Assembly: GCF_006345805.1 (NCBI RefSeq)
Contig: NC_043010.1
Location: 41,106,001 to 41,170,000, forward strand
DNA from: Octopus sinensis
Lineage: Eukaryota
DNA length: 64,000 nucleotides
Reading direction: 5' to 3'
Part shown: positions 53,113 through 64,000 of the stretch, piece by piece
How positions within the stretch are numbered: the first letter of the stretch is position 1
Layout of the letters: each line of letters begins with the position of its first letter
The notes under the pieces: generated by a model
Told to the model about the DNA's origin: nothing
Seen by the model: the letters and a program-made list of their open reading frames with translations, nothing else
The model's database searches: none
Position numbers and translations under genes: made by a program

Positions 53113-53351
53113 CAATAAGGCGGCAAACTGGCAGAAACGTTAGCATGCCGGGTGAAATGCCTAGCAGTATTTCTTCTACCGTTACGTTCTGAGTTCAAAT
53201 TCTGCCGAGGTCGACTTTGCCTTTCATCCTTTTGGAGTCGATAAATTAAGTACCAGTTACAAACTGGGGGTCGATGTAATCAACTTAATCCCTTTGTCTG
53301 TTCTTGTTTCTCCCCTCTATGTTTAGCCCCTTGTGGGCAATAAAGAAATAG
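53113..53351 (+). mobile_element. SINE family A monomer with a TSD of about 14 bp
   Basis: GAAAAAGTCTATAC on both sides. Confidence 0.85.
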
Positions 53352-53863
53352 GAAAAAGTCTATACTATTGAGTAGGACACCAGTCTAGCTTTATATCTCC
53401 AGAATGATCTGTTGATATAAATTGCAGCTAAGTGACTTGAAGCACACAAAATTAAATATAGCAGCCAAGAACCCATTACTGTTTCCATATTACCATTGTT
53501 CTGGAGTAAAGTATGTACCATGGGAAGATAGCAATGTAATTAACTGTCATTGACTGCTACAGAGTGACAGACACTGTATACATAATTGATTAATGTTCAA
53601 TGTTTTATTGGTATACATAGTGTTGTGTTGAATGTCACCAATTGGCAGTTCCCTGACGAGGGAGAAAGGGAGAGCAGTAGCAACTGTCGTACTGGGTACA
53701 CCTTGTCTACCTTGTTCGTCAACATGAAAATCTATGGGAGCGTACAATTAGACTGGAGGAAGGAGAGGATGCAGCATGTTGAGGCTATTGCACTGCATTG
53801 CATATGATTCATCACTGCATGTTTGGATTATGCAGTATGGTCCTTAGTGAAGTATAAACATGG

Positions 53864-54280
53864 TATAAAAGCACCAGGTTTGCTAACTTAGAACTACATA
53901 TCACAACAAGAACAGAAAAAGAACAAAAACAAAAAATATTGCTGCTATTTATCAGCCTATTTATGGAGTTAAGATGGCTCAAATGAAAGGTCGTATCCGA
54001 AAGCCGTGATTGGTCAGTTTACACACTGGCGCGAAATAGGTAGAGAGACAGACCGCGCTTAGATGCTAACCAATCAGATCAGTGGACACAACAAGGTTAA
54101 ACTAGCCAAAGATGTTTGTAATCTCAAACGAGATCATTCCTAATGTTTTTCTCAAACAGTAAAGATAGCAATGAAGATAGCAATATTGCTACAGTATAAA
54201 AGTACCAGGTTTGCTAACTTAGAACTACATATCACAACTAGAACAGAAAAAGAACAAAAACAAAAAATATTGCTGCTATT
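53864..54280 (+). repeat. 86-bp direct repeat (53864-53949 and 54195-54280) starting with TATAAAAG
   Basis: Two mismatches between copies. The spacer contains ATTGG (about 54009) and CCAAT (54070). Confidence 0.85.
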
Positions 54281-55143
54281 CTAGTTGTTGTAGTGTAGCA
54301 CCAGTTTAGCAGACCCATGGCACACAGGTAGTAAACATAAACCAAACAACCCAGTGCAATCCAAAGGTTTGCTTCTCCAACAACTAGAACAAGAACAACA
54401 TCAGCAATAGTAACAAAAATGCAACGCAACAAGAATAACAAAATCAATAGCAGCAGCAGCAACAACAACAACAATAACAACTCCAAACTCAATACAGATA
54501 GTCTCTCCCCATGAAATATAAGCACATGCTGCTTGAACTGAGAAATGAATGAAAGAAAACAAAAGAATAAAATTAAATATTTATCACAAGTATAATCAAC
54601 ACCCATAATGTCAATTACTGAACCTTCTGCGCCAAATGGAGTGTTATTTATTTATTTGTTTATTTTTGGTAGCAGTGGAGAGGTGGGGGGGGGCAGGCTT
54701 AAACTGTCACCCTGTTTTATGCCTCTATTTGGGCACTGAGTACCTTTATCAGAATTCACTGTGTTGCAAACACTCTGAGCAGGTCTTTAGTTCACACATA
54801 ACCCATGAGTAGTGGCTTTTTCAACCCATCTTCCCAGGCTTAGCAACCATCCAAAATAGCTTATGAGATTTCTTCTTCCCTTCCCCCTCGACGACCTTGG
54901 AAACCCTTTATAAAAAAGAGTCGTGCTAAATGTCTTTGTTCTTCTGACTAAGACATAGAAATAATATTTAGCTCATCAATGACATCAATTATCAGGTGAG
55001 TAAGCTCATTAAACTTTTATGCAGGACTATGACTATCTGTTCACTTGAAGGGAGGTATCAAGAATTACACCAGCATCCCTTCGACCAGTCTAATTTAATA
55101 TAGCACAGCTTCAAGCTGATCATACAAACTATTAGAAATAGTA

Positions 55144-55566
55144 GTCAAAGGCGGTGAGCTGGCAGAATCGTTAGCACGCCGGGCGAAATGCTTTGCGGTA
55201 TTTCGTCCGCCGCTGTGTTCTGAGTTCAAATTCTGCCAAGGTCGACTTTGCCTTTCATCCTTTCGGGGTCGATAAATTAAGTACCAGTTATGCACTGGGG
55301 TCGATATAATTGACTTAATACCTATGTCTGTCCTTGTTTGTCCCCTCTATGTTTAGCCCCTTGTGGGTAATAAAGAAATAGGTATTTTGTCTGTCGCTAC
55401 ATTCTGAGTTCAAAATTCCGCCGAGGTCGACTTTGCCTTTCATCCTTTTGGAGTCGATAAATTAAGTACCAGTTACGTACTGGGGGTCGATGTAATCGAC
55501 TTAATCCCTTTGTCTGTTCTTGTTTCGCCCCTCTATGTTTAGCCCCGTGTGGGCATTAAAGAAATA
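55144..55566 (+). mobile_element. Dimeric SINE family A with a 10-bp TSD
   Basis: AGAAATAGTA at 55134-55143 and 55567-55576. Confidence 0.8.
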
Positions 55567-55822
55567 AGAAATAGTATTTATAACCCTCTTCAAATTTCAT
55601 CTATTGTCTTAAAAAGAGTGAAAATACATTTGATAAAGTGGTCCTGTAAAATAATAATGGCAACCGTAATCACTCTGGTCATAAAGAATGGAGCTAAAGA
55701 CAACACTAAATACTGACGACACAACTAAAAGGATAAAAATTGCATTTATGACAGCCTAATGTCATATGGGTTTTTAAAAGAAATTTCCATACATGAATAC
55801 TTAAATACAGACATATACTTAA

Positions 55823-56034
55823 CCCTTTAGCATTCAGATTACTCTACTAAATGCAATGCTTATTTATTCACATTGTTTTGAATTACCAAGCATTATCTTG
55901 TAGATATTGTAGATTCCAATGATATGATTGTTTAGTTTTAGGACATTGTAGGGGAGGTGTGAGAGGCCAAAGCTGTCTGGCTTGAACATAAAACAATATT
56001 TTGGACGAATATGGCTGGTTTAAATGCTAAAGAC
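55823..56034. mobile_element. Second TTAA MITE family
   Basis: TTAA|CCCTTTAGCATT ... AAATGCTAAAG (degenerate right end). Confidence 0.6.
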
Positions 56035-56049
56035 TAAAATACAAAACAT

Positions 56050-56690
56050 GTATACACAAACATACTCTCATATGCAGAAGACTCATACACTTTCCACTTC
56101 CCAGACATTTGTACATTATTGCATGTGCTTTATATGCACTTTTGACAAGTTGTGGTGCACCTGAGCACTGTATACAATAATTTCATTATTATTATTATTA
56201 TTATTATTATTGAGTGAGAGAGCAGTTCATGCCATCAAAGTGACACTGGGGTAAAATATACTAAGCCCAATATACCCATCATGACTACCCGTCTGATAAA
56301 GGTACACCAGGCACATGCATCACAACCATATGTGCGCGACATGGTGATCTCATATCAAGATAAACAGCACATGACCTTGCAGGTGGGGCCCAGTTAGAAT
56401 TTTCTTCAGGTTGAGTAGCCCATCCCACTCAAAAGGTCCCTGAATAAGGGTTGTTTAAGGATGTTGAAAGAACCACCCATGTTTCCAGAGGTGAACTATT
56501 CAAACCCCAAAGAATCCCTCTCAACACATGGCTATGATGCTCCCCCACTACTTCTGCTCGTGATCAGAGATGCACATATCGTCAGCCACTAAGGGACATG
56601 CTCAACTGGTTAAGGTCAAACAACTGACAAGCAAATCTGTGGTATTGAGCAGAATATTTGCTGTATTATTATTATTATTATTATTATATT
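56050..56690 (+). mobile_element. CR1-like 3' UTR fragment followed by a (TTA)n-bounded interspersed repeat
   Basis: 56050-56215 is the reverse complement of the 59660-59870 repeat. The following block to 56690 is GC-richer and flanked by TTA runs. Confidence 0.5.
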
Positions 56691-57466
56691 TAAACACACA
56701 TATTCACATTAATGCAATCTTTCATGTACACAAACTTACATGCAAGAATATCTAAATACACACACATAAATACAAATGCATAAACAATGTAACCATTGAG
56801 ATATAAGTAATATCTCAACAGCCTTAAACTTAGCAATTTGGAAGGGCCAGCAAAAGAGATGGGTCAAGCTACTGCTGCTTTGACTGTCTTATTAAAAGTG
56901 GTGGGGGAGGGTAGCTACCATTAACACCACCATCACCTTCATAAACACCCTGAGCCAATAAGGTGGTTGCTCTACATGGTCGCATGACTTACTAGATATA
57001 GCAGTCAAATCCACTTTCAATCACCCAACCAGCTTTATAACAGCAGGACACGTTATATAACATGATCCTGGCCACCTCCAAGAAACAGGATTATCATAGC
57101 TGGAATACATTTGATCAAGATCGAACAGGGAAAAAACAACAACAACACTACCACCATGACCATCATCAAATTCAGCACAGACAATCGCTACCATCATTAC
57201 CACCATACCAACAGGATTACCACAATCAGCAATAACCCTATTACTGAAGCTACAACTATCACTACCTTCAACATATCCACTACTGACACCACCACCACTG
57301 CAACTATAATTATTATCTCAACTATCGCCACCAACATCACTTGAAAAGGGAGCTTCTACATGGTCACTTGACCAATTAGAAATAGCATCTAAATTGCCCT
57401 TGAATTACATCCTACTGTCTACAACAAGAAAAGAACACACTAGATAATGTAATTCTAGACACTCCT

Positions 57467-57640
57467 AAGGTGGCAAGCTGGCAGAATTGTTAGCACATTG
57501 GGTAAAATTTTTAGCGGTATTTCATCCATCCTTACATTCTGAGTTCAAATTTCATTGAGGTCAACTTTGCTTTTCATCCTTTCGAGATGGATAAAATAAG
57601 TACCAGTTGAGTATTGGGGTCAATGTAATCAACTTAACTG
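57467..57640 (+). mobile_element. SINE family A copy
   Basis: ggtggcaagctggcagaa...ttctgagttcaaattt...aagtaccagttg. Confidence 0.75.
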
Positions 57641-58663
57641 CACCTCTCTGCCAAGCTATGCTGAGCCAATGTGACAGAGTAGATTCATCAAACCAGTATG
57701 ATCTCAAGCTCAAATTCACAGCCTCCACATCAGACAGTGGTTGCAGGAGAGAAGAGGCTGAGGCCTCCATCCTATGGTGGACTGGACATAAACAATCCAA
57801 TCCAGATACCCCTAAAACATTGGATGCTTATGATTGGAATGCTTCTGATCACAGGTTCTGTTCAATCAGGGTTTACAAATAAAAAATAAAAAACATCACT
57901 GCCATCATCATCATCCTCACATCCACTACCCCATCCACTACCACCATCACTACAACTTCACCACCACTGCCATCATCATTGTCATCCTTATCAATATATC
58001 CTACATCCATCACTCCTATCGCTACTATAACCAATGCACACAAGCTGAACAGTAAAACCAGGTTGCCTGAAGCTATTATTCTCTATGTTATAAATAAACA
58101 TCCAACTAACTAAACAACCATCTCAAGCCAACAAGGGTGCTTCTACATGGCTGCTCAGTCAACTAGAAATAACAGCCAAACAATGGAGCCTTGTAAGAAA
58201 AACAAGCTAACAAGGTTCCTTAAATCACACCCTTAAAAAAGGGAAAGAGAGACGCATTGAATAATGCAGTTCTAAATATATAAAAGACAGAATGGTCTTT
58301 TTGTTCACAGCTCAACTGATTAATGTATCTGCTAAGAGAGCCACTACAGAGTTGCTTGACCTGCTCGTAATGGCAACCAGATCTCCCTCAAATCACAAAA
58401 GATAGGGCATATCTGTCCAAGGTACATTATAGAAGATGTGATGGTTACAGCTGCAATGCCTTTAAAGATATGTCTGCTCAATCAGGGTTGACCTACTGTT
58501 AGCAATAGCAATTTCTACAATAGACTCAAGCTTGCTACTCATTTGGGGTCAGTGTATAGTCAATCTAACTGACTCCTACCCGAGTGTTTCAATGGAATTT
58601 TATCAAATTCAGAATAATGATACGCAAAGTCAATCTCAGGGAAATCTGAGCTCAGAACATTAA

Positions 58664-58872
58664 CCCTTTCAATACCTTCCAGCCCAAGATTGTCCTCTGA
58701 TTCTATGGTACAAAGTTCATTTCTCAAAGTGACCTTCCATCAAAATTTCATGTTAACTTATATTCCAAACTAGATTAATGATTATATTGTTATTTTATTA
58801 AATTCTTCGTTACTTTCAAGATTAATTGAAACAAAAGCAGTGTATTTCAACAGAAATATGGTAACAAAAGGG
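58664..58872. mobile_element. TTAA/CCC-ended MITE, same family
   Basis: TTAA|CCCTTTC...CAAAAGGG|TTAA. Confidence 0.75.
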
Positions 58873-58920
58873 TTAATATAAATGTGGAACGATTAATATT
58901 GGATGCCATTAACCCTTTTG

Positions 58921-59386
58921 GGGTAGAAAGGGCTCCTTAGCCGTAGTGAAGGCAATCTGTCTAGGGAGATAACCTTACAATAAATCACTCAGTCCGTAGC
59001 TTAGAAATACTGGGTTGACGTCCAGCGGGAACAGCTTTGTTTCATGGAGGAGGAAAGATCTTCTTTAGTGCTTGGTTGTACAATGCTTTCCAATGGGTGT
59101 AGTAGCGGTGCGCGAACACATTATTAGCCATTTGAAAAGACTATGGAATTTACAATTAACTGCACCAGGGTTCCTCTTCCCCAGGGAACCAGACTTAATG
59201 GTATACCTGTGGATGTAGGTCCAGCACCTGCTTTGCTGGGTCCTGTCTCTGATCACGTTGCACCTCCAAAGGCTCCAGGGATACAGGCATCCAGCAACAG
59301 GACCTCCGTAATGCTATGATGGACCGTGAGGTCTGGCATGGCACAGTAAATTCCATTGTCTCAACCACGGTCGAACAATAATGATG
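58921..59386 (+). mobile_element. 466-bp non-autonomous RTE-derived retroposon with a 10-bp TSD
   Basis: TSD AACCCTTTTG at 58911-58920 and 59387-59396. The 3' end encodes RDTGIQQQDLRNAMMDREVWHG...* (59277-59381), then an ATGATG tail. Confidence 0.75.
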
Positions 59387-59388
59387 AA

Positions 59389-59609
59389 CCCTTTTGATAC
59401 CAACCCACCTGAGACAGCCCATAGTTTTGTGATACAAACTTCCTATTTTAAAGTGATCCAAACCATCAAAATTTCATGTTAATTTATGCTGTAAACACCA
59501 GCTTAATAATGACAAAATTAATTTTCTAAATTCTCCACTATTTTCAAAATAAATTAAAACAAAAGTGGTGTATTTCAACTAAGGAAACAAAATACAATCG
59601 CAAAGGGTA
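59389..59609. mobile_element. TTAA/CCC-ended MITE whose left TIR was the target of the 58921-59386 insertion
   Basis: Interior aligns with 58664-58872 (ccatcaaaatttcatgttaa...aaacaaaag..gtgtatttcaac). Confidence 0.65.
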
Positions 59610-59659
59610 TTAAGGGACATAACTAACAACAACAAGGGACTAAATTATATATATAATAT

Positions 59660-59870
59660 AATATAATGAAATTATTGTATACAGTGCTCAGGTGCACCAC
59701 AACTTGTCAAAAGTGCATATAAAGCATATGCAGTAATGTACAAATGTCTGGAAAGCGAACAGTGTATAAGTCAGATACATGCTTGCGTGTGTATGGAGGG
59801 GGTAAAAATCAGGTGTAGTGTTGGCGAATCTCAGGAAGCATGGAAGTTTTGAAGGATGCAGTGCTCTGAA
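59660..59870 (-). mobile_element. 3' UTR fragment of the same CR1-like family
   Basis: Aligns to 7040-7240 (tgaaattat...cagg tg.ac.acaact..tcaaa...caggaagcatgg). Confidence 0.65.
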
Positions 59871-61385
59871 TTAGATCTCCACTGTTTGTGCATTCCACCA
59901 TTTTCAATATAACAACAAAAATAATGAAAACATGAAATGGAATAATCAGAAAAGAGGGAAAAAAAAAATCTATATTATTTTCACCACCACCAGCACCACC
60001 ACCATAACCACCCTCATTACCCTGACTTCACCATCATCACCACTACCACCACAACAACCTTTACCCCAGCATCCCCACCACCATTATTACCACCATCACT
60101 GCTGTTATTACCCCCAGCACCAGTATCAACAACATTAAACCCACCACCACCACCACCACTATTATTACCCTAGCACCACCACCACCACCACCACAATTAT
60201 TACCCTAGCACTACCCACCAGCACAATTACCCCCAGCACCTTCACCACCATATTCCACCACTAACAATAATAATAACAATGAAAATAATCCCATCCCCCA
60301 TCACCACTACCACCACCACCATCCAACACCAATGACCAGAAATTTCTATGACTAGCTAAACTACAGCTGATATTTCCAAATATAAATGTCAAATGAGTGA
60401 GGTAGGAGTGGGAGGTGAGGCTGCAGTGCAATGTGCGTAGTTTAAACTGTTCCACCCAGATTAATCACCCTGGAGTGAGTGACACTACAAAGTGGAATAC
60501 TTTAAAACTGCTGTACACACTCAAACATGCATTGTACTTAACACACGCAAATAACTACTATTTTTCGATATACGCAAACACACTACAATCACAGACACAG
60601 CTGCATTCACATACACATGCGCACACACATACACAATATACATATGTATATATATATATATATACATATATATGTATGTGAGTGTATGTGCACATTGTGT
60701 GCGTGTGAATGCAGGCATATATACACACATATATACATACATATATAATACATGTAGACATATATATATAAAACATATACATATACACACATATACATAC
60801 ACATGCACACATATATATTTACAGATATAATATAGTAAACAATATAAACATAAATGCATATACTCATATATACAGACACACACACACACACATAGTTACA
60901 TACACTCATATAGATAAATGGATGGATGGATGGATGGATGGGTGGATGGATGGATGGATGGATATGTACATACACTCACGTACGTATATAATTCTAGTTG
61001 CCATAATATTTGGCTGCCAAACAGCAGCCAAATCTCCCTCAAACAGCACCCTACCCTTTTACAGAAAAAGTACACATTGAAAATTATGTCCTAGATAAGC
61101 TAAAAAGATTGTATGTTCATAGTTGGAATGCCTTTGATCATAGGGTTGACTTAAGTTAAATAACATCTAGTCATCATTCATACACACATATACACACACA
61201 CACACATACAAACACATAAATATATACACACACACACACTCACACATACACACACCCACACCAAAGACATACTTTGTGTGTGTGTGTGTGTGTGTATGTG
61301 AGTGTATGTATGTATGTATGTATGTAGGTAGAAAACGCATCCAGACATATATACTTACATATGTGCATGTACATGTATGTATATG

Positions 61386-61419
<34 letters not shown>

Positions 61420-61648
61420 ACCCATGCTAGCATGGAAAGTGTTAAATGATGATGATATAATCATCATCATCATTATTTAGTATCTGTTGTCCATGCCGCC
61501 ATGGTTTGACCAGGGCTGGCAAACAGGAAGGCTGCACCAGACTCCAGTCTCATCTGGCATGATTTCTACAGCTGAATGCCCTTCCTAACGCCAACCACTC
61601 CAAGATTGTAATGGATCCTTTTACGTGCTACCAACACAAGTGCCATTT

Positions 61649-61682
<34 letters not shown>

Positions 61683-61910
61683 TCACACATATATATATAT
61701 AAACAATAGTCTTCTTTCAGTTTCCACCTACCAAACCCACTCACAACATATCAGTCAGCCCAGGGCCATAGTAGGAGATACTTGTCAAACGTCCCACACA
61801 GTAACACTGAACTCAAAACCATATGTTTGGAAAGCAAATTTCTTACCACACTATCATACATGCATCTGTCTGTTTGCCTATCTGTCTGTCTGTCTGTCTG
61901 TATGTATATC

Positions 61911-61951
<41 letters not shown>

Positions 61952-62052
61952 TTCATTTAGACATAGAGATACTAATAAGCTGATGCTAGAATTCAATATA
62001 TACGCTTCAGAGACAAGCATTAGTCGAGTACAGAGTGTAATAAGTGATTAAA

Positions 62053-62239
62053 TAAATGACAAGGGAACAAGAAATTGTGTTATAAACTGCATTAGTTTAT
62101 AGCTGTTTCTGCAATAAGATGCAATAATGCATCGATAGATTGGTGCACAAGCACTTAACTATGAATACATTGCATTCTGATGCAGAAAACAACACTAAGC
62201 TAATGAAGCCGTTACATAATTTCTTGTTCTTGTCATTTA
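62053..62239. mobile_element. MITE with TIRs of about 28 bp
   Basis: taaatgacaagggaacaagaaatt ... aatttcttgttcttgtcattta. Confidence 0.6.
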
Positions 62240-63281
62240 CATCATATATATATATATATATATAATACCAGCAGAAATTGCCAAAGCATCGATAGAAAAA
62301 ATTTGTGGTATTTCTTCCAGAATTTTTATGTTCTGAGTTCTAACCCTACCAAGGTCAACCATGCTTTTCAACATTTGATATAATAAAGAACTCACCCAAG
62401 AAAATAGCTGGTTTTTTGTGGATAAATCTGAAACTCCATGCCCACCAACTCCATTGTCCACTCTCTATGTACTTCCACCACTTATTCCCTCCCTCAAATT
62501 CACAAACTCAACAACCCTGGCTGCCCCAACATCTCTACTTGCTTTTGCCCCACTTCACATATTTCTATGGATGTAGAAGTATTTTCACATTTTCACAACC
62601 CCAAGTTACTATTCCAGCCTCTATTACACTGATCTCATTATTTACCTCCCCAACTCCTAATTCCCTCAAAGCTCCTCTTTGCTCTTCTTCACTTAAAATA
62701 TTGGTTTCAAATCTTGGTACTTTCAATATTCAATTTCTATACACAGTCATAGACAACCCTACACCTCTTAAGCTCAAAATTGCTATCTTTTCGGTCTATA
62801 GTGCTATTTCTCACTATGGTTCACCCATTTTTCACTTTCATAAAGAACAATAGCTTATCTTCCACCTCGGATGCTTCCCTAGCACATCATAATTTACCGG
62901 GATTACATACACACGCACTTTGAATACCATGCACACTCACAGACACCTCAAGTATCACATTCACTAATCTTATACATCTATACATTCACTAAGACTGAAG
63001 ACATCACACACATATGCACATACACAAATATAACTACAAAATTCACACATGCACACATTCTCAAAATCATACATTCCCACATAGAAACACACTGATATAC
63101 ACACCCCCTTACCTTACACATACACATCCTCAGCCAAGTTACCAAATATAAACATTTTGCCTTACTATAATGCAGTGCATGCACATCATATACACACATA
63201 CATGCAATTCCTATACCACACATACACAAATCCTATACATCCATACTTCCACATAGCCATATTACATTACACATATACACT

Positions 63282-63685
63282 CTTTTACTTATTTCAGTCA
63301 TTTGACTGTGGCCATGCTGGAGCACCACCTTTAGTCAAGCAAATCGCCCCCAGGACTTATTCTTTGTAAGCCTAATACTTATTCTATCAGTCTCTTTTGC
63401 CAAACCGCTAAGTCATGGGGAGGTAAACACACCAGCATTGGTTGTCAAGCGATATTGAGGGGACAAACACAGACCTACAAACACACACACACACACATAT
63501 CTATATATATATATACATATATACGACAGGCTTCTTTCAGTTTCCATCTAACAAATTCACTCACAAGGCCTTGGTCAGACCAAGGCTATAGTAGAAGACA
63601 CTTGCCCAAGGTACCTCACAGTGGGACTGAACCCGTAACCATGTGGTTGGTAAGTAAGCTACTTACCACACAGCCACTCCTGCGC
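63282..63685 (-). mobile_element. SINE family B copy
   Basis: Full head, body and tail. Confidence 0.8.
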
Positions 63686-64000
63686 TACACTAGTAAACGT
63701 ATTAGCTTCACACATACAAAAATACACACCATTCACCTTATACCAGCACAAACGCATACCAACACTTCACACACATGCACATGATTATCTTCTCCCTCTT
63801 CTCCTTCAAATCACACAACCACTGCATACACAACCAAATAGTCCACACATTCCTACACATCACATGAATTAATCCCACACACTCAAATATCCAACTAGAC
63901 CCTACAAGTCATACGCCTACACATACACGCAGATTGTTATCCCTACTGACAGTTACGAGATAGTTGGCTAATTGAAATCGGCATTTAGGTAGATATATGG

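Noticed and set aside
58921-59010. HDV-like ribozyme at the 5' end of the RTE derivative
   Set aside because: P1, P1.1, P3 and P2 could not be assembled in canonical order by eye.

Overview
AT-rich, microsatellite-dense eukaryotic genomic DNA. The SINE and repeat content suggests an octopus or other cephalopod (inference). Protein-coding content: (1) a minus-strand multi-exon FAM184-family coiled-coil gene, with eight phase-compatible exons from 52894 down to 22334 and the first and last exons not found in the window; (2) a complete two-exon, 425-aa rhodopsin-class GPCR of the FMRFamide/sex-peptide-receptor-like group (26858-29285, +), nested antisense in a 12-kb FAM184 intron. The rest is mostly mobile DNA: a near-full-length frameshifted Neptune-type Penelope-like element (RT + GIY-YIG); CR1, RTE and R4-like LINE fragments; mariner/Tc1 relics; non-autonomous Helitron/Helentron elements; TTAA MITEs; and four SINE-like families. 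The main unannotated signal is seven minimal type-I hammerhead ribozyme motifs of several sequence families (1299, 9237, 13461, 28095, 39664, 46126, 46471). One lies in the Penelope element's 3' region and two sit inside long fold-back hairpins. Both motifs on the FAM184 sense strand have damaged cores. No rRNA, genuine tRNA gene or CRISPR array was seen. All alignments and folds were done by eye.
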